Below, one piece after another: positions 36,773 to 46,314 of a stretch of 56,385 nt of DNA. The translations under genes and the position numbers were made by a program. The notes beneath the pieces were generated by a model. The model saw only the letters and a program-made list of their open reading frames with translations. It was not told where the DNA came from and searched no databases. The DNA comes from an uncultured archaeon (GTDB lineage: Archaea > Thermoproteota > Bathyarchaeia > Bathyarchaeales > DTEX01): positions 1-56,385 of the forward strand of contig CALKGV010000040.1 of assembly GCA_938091805.1 (NCBI GenBank). The letters run 5' to 3'. Positions within the stretch are counted from its first letter, which is position 1. Each line of letters begins with the position of its first letter.

Positions 36773-37045
36773 ATGTCTATGGATCTTAAGGGCATGGTTA
36801 TCAGCTACAGAAGAGGACCTAGAACTCAAAGGTCTAGGGAATGCTTAATACAGTTTCCAAACGTAATGTCAAGGTTTGAAGCAGGTAAGCTTATTGGGCG
36901 TAAAATCGTATGGTCCGATGGAAAAAACAATACTATTGTAGGTGTAATTCTTTCCCCTCATGGAAACAAGGGGGTTGTTAGAGCACGCTTCAGAAGAGGT
37001 CTGCCTGGACAAGCCTTAGGAAGCTTAGTTCGAATAGTAGGCTAG
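36773..37045 (+). CDS. rpl35ae: 50S ribosomal protein L35Ae
   Basis: VISYRRGPRTQRSRECLIQF…PHGNKGVVRARFRRGLPGQA. GAGGTG SD. Confidence 0.88.
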   Translation: MSMDLKGMVISYRRGPRTQRSRECLIQFPNVMSRFEAGKLIGRKIVWSDGKNNTIVGVILSPHGNKGVVRARFRRGLPGQALGSLVRIVG

Positions 37046-37065
37046 GTTTAACGTGTATAACGGTT

Positions 37066-37662
37066 TCAAAGCGTCTTTAGAATCGATCTTGCTAGGATGC
37101 GGGCGACTCTTAAAGGCTCTGGCACGGCGCCATGCAATGTAAATTTGTTCAATACTTCTCTCGCCTCATCTAAACTCATGCCTAGAAATCTCACATATAT
37201 GCTATGCCCCGTGCGGAGGGTTATAGGCGTTCTAGGACCATTTTTGCGGTAGACCTCTATGCGCTTATCGCAGTCTAGCGGGAATAGTTCAAGGAAGTAT
37301 TTTTCCAGCCCCTTAGACTCCTCATATGTTACGCATATTAATGGAAGAGACAGCTCCCTGTAAACTCTGTCTAAGTCAATCACGTTATACCAGCTTATGA
37401 CGCAACCATTTATCATAAGAACATTTATGTCGCGTCTCTCCAGCGTCCTGTACATTTCAATTATTTTTTCAGTTGCATCCATCCCGCCGACTGTTGTTTT
37501 TGAGAAAACAAAACCATCAATTATACCATCACTTCTACCAACAACCCCGGCTAAAATCGACTTCTCACTTAGACCCTTAATGAAGCTCTCTGATATCCCT
37601 AATGCTCTAAAAGCCTTTTTATGCACATGAAGATGCAAAGGAACACCTTTCATATGGAACAA
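37066..37662 (-). CDS. UPF0215/DUF99 family protein (EndoV-like fold)
   Basis: KAFRALGISESF…LAGVVGRSDGIIDGF…TVGGMDATE…NVLMINGCVISWYNVIDL. Start is TTG 37662 or ATG 37653. Confidence 0.7.
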   Translation of the reverse strand: MFHMKGVPLHLHVHKKAFRALGISESFIKGLSEKSILAGVVGRSDGIIDGFVFSKTTVGGMDATEKIIEMYRTLERRDINVLMINGCVISWYNVIDLDRVYRELSLPLICVTYEESKGLEKYFLELFPLDCDKRIEVYRKNGPRTPITLRTGHSIYVRFLGMSLDEAREVLNKFTLHGAVPEPLRVARILARSILKTL

Positions 37663-37663
37663 A

Positions 37664-38383
37664 CTATTCTAGCGTGAAGTATACTCGTTTGTTGAGCCTA
37701 CCCTTACTCTCAACTTTTAAAAGCCTTATTTGTCCAACTTCTCTAAGAGTTCTAACATGCGTTCCCCCATCAGCCTGCTTATCAATACCAGCTATTTCCA
37801 CAATTCGTAAAGATGGTATGTCCGGTGGAAATGCCTCAGCCATCTTCACAACCCCAGGAATCTTCAGCGCTTCCTCCCTTGGGAGCTCATACCATGTAAC
37901 CGGGATGTCCTTTTTTAAAATCGAGTTCACTTTGTTTATACATTCAATTATTACTTCTCTATCCATTTTTTCTAGGCTGAAATCGAAGCGTATCTTATCT
38001 TCTTCGATCTGGTTGCCTGTAACAAGTGCACCTGTCTCGTTGCATACTAATGATGCAAGTAAATGTGCAGCCGTATGGCTACGCATAAATTTGTATCGTC
38101 TCTCCCAGTCTAGAAGGCAGCGAACCTTGTCTCCCTCCTTTAGTCCCTCCCTATCAACCTCATGCGATACTTCATCGCCGAACTTTCCAACGTAAACAAC
38201 GTTAAAAATCTCATCGCCACGTATCATTTTGCCAGTATCATGAGGTTGTCCCCCGCCCTTGGGATAGAATATCGTCTGATCTAGAACCACATACTTGCCC
38301 TGCGTAACCTTAACAACCGTTGCGTCGCACTCCTTAAGATAACTATCCTCTAAATAAAGGGCCTTAGTCAACAAAACCACCAA
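37664..38383 (-). CDS. alaX: AlaX-type alanyl-tRNA editing protein
   Basis: HTAAHLL (HxxxH) and ADGGTHV zinc-site motifs. The ~240-aa size fits AlaX-M. Confidence 0.85.
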   Translation of the reverse strand: MVVLLTKALYLEDSYLKECDATVVKVTQGKYVVLDQTIFYPKGGGQPHDTGKMIRGDEIFNVVYVGKFGDEVSHEVDREGLKEGDKVRCLLDWERRYKFMRSHTAAHLLASLVCNETGALVTGNQIEEDKIRFDFSLEKMDREVIIECINKVNSILKKDIPVTWYELPREEALKIPGVVKMAEAFPPDIPSLRIVEIAGIDKQADGGTHVRTLREVGQIRLLKVESKGRLNKRVYFTLE

Positions 38384-38502
38384 AATAATTGTTAATATTG
38401 ATGAATTTATGCTTTATCCATCTGAGCATAAAAGAGAGAGTCTTTACGTAAAACCCATAAAAATTTTAGAGTTTAATCCGGCGTATTTCTCCTAAATTTC
38501 TA

Positions 38503-38706
38503 CTAATTTAAGGAATAATTCAAAGTTTCTAGACTCATCTCAACCGGTATATCGCCTTCTGAGCCAAGTATGTATCCTCCGGGAAAACTTAGTTTATCAC
38601 CGTGCTTTTTCTTCAAGGTTTTAAGATCCATATTGTCAGTTGGGCCTAAGATGGGTTCAGCATGTTCAACTATAAAATTCTCTGTGAACTCAGCGACCTT
38701 AAGCAT
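38503..38706 (-). CDS. small ORF; possible degraded remnant of a URO-D/MtaA-family methyltransferase C-terminus
   Basis: The 67-aa product ends …HGDKLSFPGGYILGSEGDIPVEMSLETL. This resembles the C-terminal GGFILxSGCxIPxxTPxEN block of the URO-D/MtaA family, with the intervening sequence missing. Weak, by-eye similarity only. Confidence 0.3.
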   Translation of the reverse strand: MLKVAEFTENFIVEHAEPILGPTDNMDLKTLKKKHGDKLSFPGGYILGSEGDIPVEMSLETLNYSLN

Positions 38707-38735
38707 TCTATCTATATGCTTAAATCCATCAATAA

Positions 38736-40472
38736 TTAAGGGATGAACAATTCTACGATTTTAGATTTCTCAGCGTCTACAAGCCCATGATCAGTTATCC
38801 TTAGCTTAGGAATAACTGGTAGAGAGAGGAAGGACAGAGCTGTGAATGGGCTTTTGACTTTGCAGCCTAATTTCGAAACTGCCTCTTCTAAAGATTCCAT
38901 TTTCTCAGATATTTTAAGCGCATCTTCAGTCGTCATTAATCCAGCTATGGGCAGCGGAAGCTCCTCAAGTATTTTTCCCCTACTTGCGACGACCAGTCCC
39001 CCATTTATCTCGCCGAGCCTTATAACTGCTTTATAAAGGTCTTCATCGTTCGTTCCCACCGCGATTATATTGTGCGAGTCATGGGCAACCGTCGATGCTA
39101 AAGCGCCCTCTTTAAGATTAAATCCAGTCACAAATCCCTTCCCAATCCTGCCAGTTCCTCTATGCCTCTCTAAAACGCATATCTTTAATATGTCGCGCTC
39201 AGGATCGGATTTAACCTCGCCATCAACTAATTCCATATCGCAGTGAATCTCATCCGTAACTATCTGATCCTTAATTAAGCCTATTGCTCTGACTTTTACC
39301 TTACCCTTCACGCTGCTGGGATGTTTTATACATAAGTCTTTAGGTTTGAATGCACCGATATTAACGGTCTTCTTCAAAATCTGTTTATGAGGCGCTGCAG
39401 GCCCACTAATGCCTAAGTATAGTCCGTTTTTAGCAGCAATTTCCCCATCTATCAGAACAACGGATGCTTTAAAATCCTTAAGATTGTTTACGATCACTAT
39501 GTCTGCAGATTTTCCGGGAGATAAGCCGCCTAAATCCTTAAGCCCAAAATACTCAGCCGGCTTAAGAGTCACCATTTTCACAGCGTCCAAGGGGTCTAAT
39601 CCTTCTTCAACGGCTCTTCTAAGGCAGTGATCCAAGTGTCCCTCGTGCACTATGTCGCCAGCATGCCTATCGTCGGTTACAAGCATGGATCTCTCCGGGC
39701 AACCCCTTGAGATTATCTTGACCAGTTTTGAGAGGTTCTTGGCTGTTGAGCCTTCTCGTATCATGATCCACATTCCGAGAGACAGTTTTTCTTCGGCCTC
39801 ATCAATGCTTGTCACTTCATGATCTGAGGTTATTCCAGCTAAAACGTATGCGCATAATTCCTCACCCTTAAGTCCTGGCGCATGTCCATCAATGATCATC
39901 CCGCTGCAGGTTTTCATCTTCTCCAAAACGCTCCTATCCTTTTTTATTACTCCCCCATAATTCATGACTTCGCCTAGTCCCATTATCTGTTTAAAACGCT
40001 TCAGCTTTTTTATCTCCATTAAGCCTATTTCAGCACCCGATGTCTCTAAATGCGTTGATGGAACGCATGATGGAATCATGAAATAAACTTTAAGCGGCGA
40101 TCTTTTCGCATCATTAATCATGAATTTTACGCCCTCTAACCCCATCACATTTGCAATCTCATGCGGGTCGGCTATAACGCAGCATGTGCCTCTTGGAATA
40201 ACGGCCCTCGCGAATGTGCTTGGGGTCATTAGTGAACTTTCAATATGGATATGTCCATCAATATACGCGGGCAGAATGTATTCTGAGGGGCGCTTAATAG
40301 TTTCCCCTGCCCTTTTAGGCTTTGAACCAACATAAACTATTAAGCCGTTCTTTATACCGATGTAGCCGTCAGAAATATTATTGCGATACACATCTACAAT
40401 CTTTCCAAAAACTAGAAGATCTAAGGGCAACGCCCCCAAACAAGCATCAATAAGATTGTCGAGAAACTCCAT
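38736..40472 (-). CDS. ade: adenine deaminase
   Basis: Amidohydrolase metal site AYIDGHIHIESS, and length and domain order typical of Ade. ATG 40472 follows GGTGGA; the ORF opens at TTG 40499. Confidence 0.85.
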   Translation of the reverse strand: MEFLDNLIDACLGALPLDLLVFGKIVDVYRNNISDGYIGIKNGLIVYVGSKPKRAGETIKRPSEYILPAYIDGHIHIESSLMTPSTFARAVIPRGTCCVIADPHEIANVMGLEGVKFMINDAKRSPLKVYFMIPSCVPSTHLETSGAEIGLMEIKKLKRFKQIMGLGEVMNYGGVIKKDRSVLEKMKTCSGMIIDGHAPGLKGEELCAYVLAGITSDHEVTSIDEAEEKLSLGMWIMIREGSTAKNLSKLVKIISRGCPERSMLVTDDRHAGDIVHEGHLDHCLRRAVEEGLDPLDAVKMVTLKPAEYFGLKDLGGLSPGKSADIVIVNNLKDFKASVVLIDGEIAAKNGLYLGISGPAAPHKQILKKTVNIGAFKPKDLCIKHPSSVKGKVKVRAIGLIKDQIVTDEIHCDMELVDGEVKSDPERDILKICVLERHRGTGRIGKGFVTGFNLKEGALASTVAHDSHNIIAVGTNDEDLYKAVIRLGEINGGLVVASRGKILEELPLPIAGLMTTEDALKISEKMESLEEAVSKLGCKVKSPFTALSFLSLPVIPKLRITDHGLVDAEKSKIVELFIP

Positions 40473-40622
40473 ATGCCATCTTCCACCCATCCCATACAAT
40501 TAACTCCGATATAGATTTGCTGATTGCTTTGGGGACTTGAGATCTTCGTTTTTAAATATCATCTGAATCTGAGTAAAAATGCTTTCTCCATATTCCTGTT
40601 GGGGCGCCTCAATTAAAGGATT

Positions 40623-41498
40623 TTAGTATTGCCCTAAAGAACCATCCCTCCTCGCAGCGTCATACCCCTTCTTGAATATGTAGATAGATATCGGGGTTGC
40701 AATAATAATAAATATTAGTAAGCTGATAATATTGCCTAATATTTCCGGCGAGGTTAAATCTTTTCCAGATTGCAGGCAAAGCCTAATTCCGTCCAGCGAG
40801 TAGGTTAATGGGAATATTCTTCCAATCCATTCAAGATACCATGGTAAAAGTTTCAGCGGATAGAACACGCCGGATACAAGTTGGCTTAGCCATGAGAATG
40901 CCCATGTAACCGGGTTCCCTTGCTTAATTTTCATTATTACTCCGGTGCTTAGAATCCCTATGTCCATGTGGCTTGCTATTAAAAGTATAGTTAGCACTAT
41001 GACTGATAGAATTGAAGCAGACGTCACATAGAGTTTGGCCCCAAGCATTACGCCGACAAATAGTGACATTAAGAGTAAGGCTGATGAAACTATAAATGAG
41101 AAGCATACCTCGCCTAGGAGGAAGATTTTGAAATCTGTTGCCGTTGAGAGTATTGTTTCCATCGTTCCATTCCATTGCTCATCTCTTATGCTTTCATTTA
41201 TGCTTTGAACAGCAAAATGAACGTATTGCTGAAACGCTATGCCTATAAGGGCGAAAGTGAAGTAACCTCCAACCATATATCCGGCTTCTTGAATCTGCTG
41301 CGATGTTGTAATTAAAGAGAACAAGTAATATGTCACTACAAAAAGAATCATGCCTGCAATATCAAGCGTAAGCCAGAACTTATAGGTCCACCACACTTTT
41401 AAATCCCTAACTATGAAGGAGACAACTATACGGTGAACTGGGCTTTTCCTTCTGGGGATCTCCTCAGAGATTACGGCGACTATCTTCTCAATGTCCAA
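40623..41498 (-). CDS. ABC-2 type transporter permease (second permease)
   Basis: 291-aa protein with six predicted TM helices. Lies downstream of a paralogous permease and the ATPase. Confidence 0.7.
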   Translation of the reverse strand: MDIEKIVAVISEEIPRRKSPVHRIVVSFIVRDLKVWWTYKFWLTLDIAGMILFVVTYYLFSLITTSQQIQEAGYMVGGYFTFALIGIAFQQYVHFAVQSINESIRDEQWNGTMETILSTATDFKIFLLGEVCFSFIVSSALLLMSLFVGVMLGAKLYVTSASILSVIVLTILLIASHMDIGILSTGVIMKIKQGNPVTWAFSWLSQLVSGVFYPLKLLPWYLEWIGRIFPLTYSLDGIRLCLQSGKDLTSPEILGNIISLLIFIIIATPISIYIFKKGYDAARRDGSLGQY

Positions 41499-41509
41499 TT
41501 AAATCACCT

Positions 41510-42391
41510 CTAGTAGGTTGCAACCGTCCCCTCATATCTTATCCGATTAACCCCCCATCTAAAAACTTTTAAACCTGCGGGAATAAACACGATGGCGTAA
41601 ATTATCAGTATGGCAGCGTTTTTTAAGACCTCTGATGAAAAAAGCGTCGCTCCATTCAGCAGTATTTTTCTTGAGGCATCTAGGGCATAAGTGTATGGCA
41701 TTAGCCACGCCATGACCCAAAGCGCCGGATACTCTTCAAGATATTTTAGTGGGAATAGAACTCCGCCTAGAAACTCAGTTACGCTGGCAAATAAAAATGT
41801 AAGAGGGTCACCCTTCTTATAAACTAATACTAGGCCAGATGCCATTATGCTTATTCCCGCGTAGCTTAGAACCATCAGCAGAATTATGACTGTAAAGGAG
41901 AGAACCGTATTCAAGTTAATTACCAATGGAACATTCAACACGGCGGTTCCAACGATCATTACGCCAAGCATAAAATATCCGCTGACCATGAATCCCCTAA
42001 GCGACTGGCCAATAATGTAGGACTTCATGTCTATAAGCGACGCAATTATCTGCTCAAGCGTTCCCTCACGTATTTCATGCTGTAGCGAGTGGCTTAATCT
42101 ACTTATGCACATCCATAAATAGTTCGCTGTTGCTACGCCGACAAGGGCAAAGGACAACCAGCTGACCTCTCCATATCCGGCTAAGGCAACCCGTCTGGCA
42201 TCCACTTGTAGGCCCATGAAGGAATACATTGCTATTGAAGCCACGGTGCTTATTGTTTCAGTGATAACCCATGTTCTGTAAGATAGAAAGATCTTGAAGT
42301 TAGCCCAGAAAACAGCCCATACGTGAACAATGTTGGATGCTGTGCGAGGCTTATCCTCTTTGAACAAGGCTATTAAATTCTCAATCTTCAT
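41510..42391 (-). CDS. ABC-2 type transporter permease (first permease)
   Basis: 293-aa polytopic protein. 4-nt overlap with the ATPase gene. Confidence 0.7.
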   Translation of the reverse strand: MKIENLIALFKEDKPRTASNIVHVWAVFWANFKIFLSYRTWVITETISTVASIAMYSFMGLQVDARRVALAGYGEVSWLSFALVGVATANYLWMCISRLSHSLQHEIREGTLEQIIASLIDMKSYIIGQSLRGFMVSGYFMLGVMIVGTAVLNVPLVINLNTVLSFTVIILLMVLSYAGISIMASGLVLVYKKGDPLTFLFASVTEFLGGVLFPLKYLEEYPALWVMAWLMPYTYALDASRKILLNGATLFSSEVLKNAAILIIYAIVFIPAGLKVFRWGVNRIRYEGTVATY

Positions 42392-43380
42392 GCAGATTCC
42401 TTCCTAGTTAGTTTTACAAATATGTCCTCGAGGGTTGGCTCAGATCTCCTAACCGCTAAAACTTTAGCATTAATGGCGCGCAGTCTGCCGACTATAAGGG
42501 GTATTGCATCATATTCATCGTCAACCTGTAAGCGTATAACAACATTGTACGGGTCATTTTTGACTTCCATAATTTGTTTAACTATTGGAAGGCTGCTTAA
42601 ACCTTTAATGACTTCTTGGAGATTGTTAGCTTCTCTAATCTCCACTTCTATGGCATGTATATCACGAAGCATATCTCTTAAGGCTGAAGGAGGCGCGTCC
42701 ACAATTATCTTTCCATCTTTCATTATGGCGACTCTTTCGCAAAGCTGCTCAACCTCAAACATATTGTGGCTTGTGAAGATTATTGTTTTGCCCAATTCAA
42801 TGTTTAGAGCCCTGAGAAGCCTCCTTGTCTCAACGGCGCTTATTGTATCAAGTCCTATTGTAGGTTCATCCATAAATAAAATCGGTGGATTGTGAAGTAG
42901 AGCTCTGGCGAGCATAACCTTAACCTTCATGCCGGTTGAGTAGTCCTTAACCAGCTTTTTCCTATCTTCAGTTAAGTCGAAAAATTCCAACAGGGCATTT
43001 ATTCTTTTTTCAGCAATATCCTTGGGAACATTCTGAAGGTATGCGTAAAATCTCAAGTTATCTTCAGCGTTAAGTCTCCAATAGAGTGATCGCCCTCCTG
43101 TTTCGCCATGGAACCATCCGAAGCTGCTTCTAACTTTATGCGGCTCCTTAATTATATCGTACCCATTTACTTTGGCGGTTCCCTCTGTTGGAAGTATGAT
43201 TGTGCACAATATCTTTATGAGGGTCGTTTTCCCAGCGCCGTTAGGTCCCAAAAGGCCGAAAAACTCCCCGATCTTAACTTTAATGTTTACGTGGTCAACT
43301 GCCTTAATGTATCGTTTAACCGCCCTCTCTTTATTCTCAAATATTTTTGTTAGATTAAATGTTTCAACGGCGTATTCCAT
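42388..43380 (-). CDS. ABC transporter ATP-binding protein (DrrA/ABC-2 exporter type) with C-terminal extra domain
   Basis: GPNGAGKTT, YSTGMKVKVMLA (signature-like) and ILFMDEPTIGLD motifs. ATG 43380 follows GGGTG. Confidence 0.85.
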   Translation of the reverse strand: MEYAVETFNLTKIFENKERAVKRYIKAVDHVNIKVKIGEFFGLLGPNGAGKTTLIKILCTIILPTEGTAKVNGYDIIKEPHKVRSSFGWFHGETGGRSLYWRLNAEDNLRFYAYLQNVPKDIAEKRINALLEFFDLTEDRKKLVKDYSTGMKVKVMLARALLHNPPILFMDEPTIGLDTISAVETRRLLRALNIELGKTIIFTSHNMFEVEQLCERVAIMKDGKIIVDAPPSALRDMLRDIHAIEVEIREANNLQEVIKGLSSLPIVKQIMEVKNDPYNVVIRLQVDDEYDAIPLIVGRLRAINAKVLAVRRSEPTLEDIFVKLTRKESA

Positions 43381-43449
43381 CGTTTTAAGCACCCAAATGT
43401 TTTGAAGTGCGCATTAATCTCATTTTTAACCTTATAAGAAGGCTGGAAA

Positions 43450-44142
43450 CTAATAATTGTTTCGAATATCTTCTTTTCCACATTGAATTAGAAGCAATAT
43501 ATCCCTTAAAGTATTTATTGACGTATACGATATCTCTTCAGCCTCTTTGAAAATGCGTGTTCTGGCACGTAGCAGAATAAAAGGCACCCCGGCTTTCTTA
43601 GCGCATAACGCATCTATCCAGTGGTCCCCAACGAAAACCGCCTCTTTAACCGGCACGTTTAAGATCTCCAAAACTCGTAGAAGATGCTCTGGATCAGGCT
43701 TGGGATTGGACACGTCGTCTCTGGCAATAACGGCATCCACATACTTACCTAAGCAAAATTTATTCATTATTCCCTCAGCATACTTCCTACAGCCATTGGT
43801 TACAATACCCACCTTAAGCCCCATCTTCTTTAATTCCTTTAGGGTACTTAAGGCGTTATCCATTAATTCAGCATCCCCCAACGATTTCAACTCAACCTCA
43901 TCCATAATGTCATTAACTTTATTGAGAATTTTTTCAATTTCACACCGGCTTACTTTTCCACTTAGGTCCATTTTGGCCGCATTGATTATCTCAAAGTTTA
44001 GCATGTTCTTGTTTAAAAGTCCAGATGCCACCCCTACGCTTACTAGAAACTCTATTATTAGATTTTTCATCCTCTCGTAATTTATTTTAGACTTTATCAA
44101 TGTATCATCTAAATCAAAGATTACAGCCTTTACTTTAATCAT
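43450..44142 (-). CDS. HAD-superfamily hydrolase
   Basis: Motif I VIFDLDDTL, motif II VTNG, motif IV VGDHWIDALCAKKAG. ATG 44142 sits about 31 nt after a TTATAA box; ATG 44166 is an alternative. Confidence 0.8.
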   Translation of the reverse strand: MIKVKAVIFDLDDTLIKSKINYERMKNLIIEFLVSVGVASGLLNKNMLNFEIINAAKMDLSGKVSRCEIEKILNKVNDIMDEVELKSLGDAELMDNALSTLKELKKMGLKVGIVTNGCRKYAEGIMNKFCLGKYVDAVIARDDVSNPKPDPEHLLRVLEILNVPVKEAVFVGDHWIDALCAKKAGVPFILLRARTRIFKEAEEISYTSINTLRDILLLIQCGKEDIRNNY

Positions 44143-44228
44143 GCAAGATTCTCGCAGATAATCCATAATGCGCTTATAAGCACATTACATTTATTTACTT
44201 ATTTAAGGTTAATTCTGGTTGATTTAAT

Positions 44229-45290
44229 ATGGAAAAAAGATCGCCCAAAACGTTAGTGGCATTCATTATTGCTGGGCCATTTGTATTTCTCCTATATTTG
44301 TATTTCTTTGTTGGCTTTAAGGGCGTCTTTGAGGTTTTTAGACAAATCAACCCTTATGACTATTTATTCTGCTACTCACTTACCATCATCGCTCTGATAG
44401 TAAGTACGCTTTTTTACTCAATGAGCTGGAATGAGCTTATGAAGGCTCTGTCAATAAACGTAAGCGTCAAAAAATCATTCGTTTACTGCTGGCTAGGGCT
44501 GTTCATAGATTTAGTGATTCCATTAGAGACCGTCTCTGGGGAGATTACGCGCGTGTATCTTGTCCATAAGGAAACTGGAGATCCACCTGGAAAAATAGTC
44601 GCTTCAGTGGCTGGGCATCGTATAATAACAACATTTATAACCTTAGGCAGTCTTCTATCCTCGTCAATATTTATCTTGAAGCGTAAAATTACAGCGGAAA
44701 TAATTACTCTTATGTTGGCGACGATCTCAGGCTCGGTGCTCTTTATAGCGATTTTACTTTACTTATCATTAAAGGAAGATGCAGCCGAGAAGCTGATTAA
44801 CTTTTTAATAAAATCCGCTGACTTATTAACTGGGGGCAAAATTAACTTCTCAGAGATTAGGGAGAAAGCCCAGCGTAACCTATCATATTTTTGTAGTGGA
44901 TTTAAGTCTTTAGGAGTGAACCAAGAGACTTTGGTGAAGTCCGTAAGTTATAGTCTTTTTGCATGGCTTCTCCACTTAAGCATATACTTCCTCGTTTTTT
45001 ACGCTTTGGGCTTTAGCGAAATATCTGGGAAAGTCTATGAAACCATGGTGGTCTACTCCGTGAGCATGGCTGTTCAGTCAACACCGATCGCTCTTCCGCT
45101 GGGTTTAGTTGAGGTGGTAATGACAAGCCTTTATGCGCTACTCGGGGTCCCGATAGCGATTAGTGGAACAGCAACGTTGCTCATAAGAATTGTAACTTTT
45201 TGGCTTCAAATAATGATCGGCTATTTGATAGCTCAATTTATGGGTATAAAAAATTTGTTGGATAGAAGCCGCAAAGAGACATCAACTTGA
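44229..45290 (+). CDS. UPF0104 / lysylphosphatidylglycerol-synthase-TM-like (flippase-like) membrane protein
   Basis: About 8 TM helices, and a PLETVSGEITRVYLV segment resembling the conserved PxxGxExxR of this family. Confidence 0.5.
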   Translation: MEKRSPKTLVAFIIAGPFVFLLYLYFFVGFKGVFEVFRQINPYDYLFCYSLTIIALIVSTLFYSMSWNELMKALSINVSVKKSFVYCWLGLFIDLVIPLETVSGEITRVYLVHKETGDPPGKIVASVAGHRIITTFITLGSLLSSSIFILKRKITAEIITLMLATISGSVLFIAILLYLSLKEDAAEKLINFLIKSADLLTGGKINFSEIREKAQRNLSYFCSGFKSLGVNQETLVKSVSYSLFAWLLHLSIYFLVFYALGFSEISGKVYETMVVYSVSMAVQSTPIALPLGLVEVVMTSLYALLGVPIAISGTATLLIRIVTFWLQIMIGYLIAQFMGIKNLLDRSRKETST

Positions 45291-45338
45291 TGAAAAGATT
45301 TTTCTACTATAATCGTGAATAACGTTTATAGTGGAAGA

Positions 45339-45680
45339 ATGAGCCAGCGTTCACTCATCAAACTTGCGATGCGGTACTTCATTAGAAGAGGCTATACGGT
45401 GGATAGGGAATTCGGTAAAGAAGATGATGCCCCGGCGAGAAAATTCGACTTTGTAGTGCGGAAAGGAAGTGAGGTTTATCCAGTCTGGGTTAAAGATTGG
45501 AACAGAACTGTAGGCGTAAACGTGGTTATAAACGTAGATAAAGCATCTCGAGATATGGGGCTTTTTAATCCAATTTTGGTAGCTAATAAATTCAGTGAGC
45601 ATGCTAGGGCATATGCAAACCGAAAAGGGATAAGATTAGTTGCGAAGTCAGATATTCTGAGAGAAGTGAGAGCCCTTTAG
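45339..45680 (+). CDS. small PD-(D/E)xK-fold protein, Mrr-cat/restriction-endonuclease-like
   Basis: RYFIRRGYTV…KFDFVVRKGSEVYPVWVKDW…ILVANKFSEHARAYANRKGIRLV matches the Mrr catalytic-domain layout. The acidic residue of (D/E)xK reads W-V-K. Confidence 0.45.
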   Translation: MSQRSLIKLAMRYFIRRGYTVDREFGKEDDAPARKFDFVVRKGSEVYPVWVKDWNRTVGVNVVINVDKASRDMGLFNPILVANKFSEHARAYANRKGIRLVAKSDILREVRAL

Positions 45681-46285
45681 AAGTCCTTCAGATATTTGTC
45701 GAGTTTTCCCTCAGCCTCGAGTTTTCCAAGCCAGTCGACAATCCCGATTTTACGTTCTTCTTCACCATTAAGAACTCTTATGATTTCCTGAACTACATCC
45801 TCCACGTTTCTAGAGCTTACGTCGATTTCACAAACCTTATCAACGCCATATTTTTTAACAGAGCCATATAGACATACGTCTAATATTTCAGCGGCAAGAT
45901 TCTCCCTAATCTTTTCCTCTTTATATGAACGTTCTTTAAAAATGGTTTCTAGCTCCTCAGGATTTCTTCTTAGGACGAAGGCAATTGCTATCTTCTCTGA
46001 CGGCACCACATCCACAGCGAAATGTCCCTCAACAATAACGTCAGTAGATGCTTTAGAGATGATTTCGTTAATTCTTTCTGAAATCTTGTCCACATCTGCG
46101 ATCAAGGTATCTCTCTTCCTATCGACTCCGCTGTAAAGTCCCTCTCTCTTCACTAACTCGCCTATGGATATCACCCGCGCATTAATTTTAGACGCTAATG
46201 CCTTTGAGATTGAAGATTTTCCAACTCCAGGCGTCCCAGTGATAACTATTACGCGCTTGATTTCTTCCTTCACCTTTTTCATCAT
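45677..46285 (-). CDS. Fap7 / adenylate kinase isoenzyme-6-type NTPase
   Basis: P-loop ITGTPGVGKSS, and size and layout typical of the archaeal putative adenylate kinase. Confidence 0.8.
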   Translation of the reverse strand: MMKKVKEEIKRVIVITGTPGVGKSSISKALASKINARVISIGELVKREGLYSGVDRKRDTLIADVDKISERINEIISKASTDVIVEGHFAVDVVPSEKIAIAFVLRRNPEELETIFKERSYKEEKIRENLAAEILDVCLYGSVKKYGVDKVCEIDVSSRNVEDVVQEIIRVLNGEEERKIGIVDWLGKLEAEGKLDKYLKDF

Positions 46286-46314
46286 CTTTTTAATCTAAGG
46301 ATGGACAAATCTAT

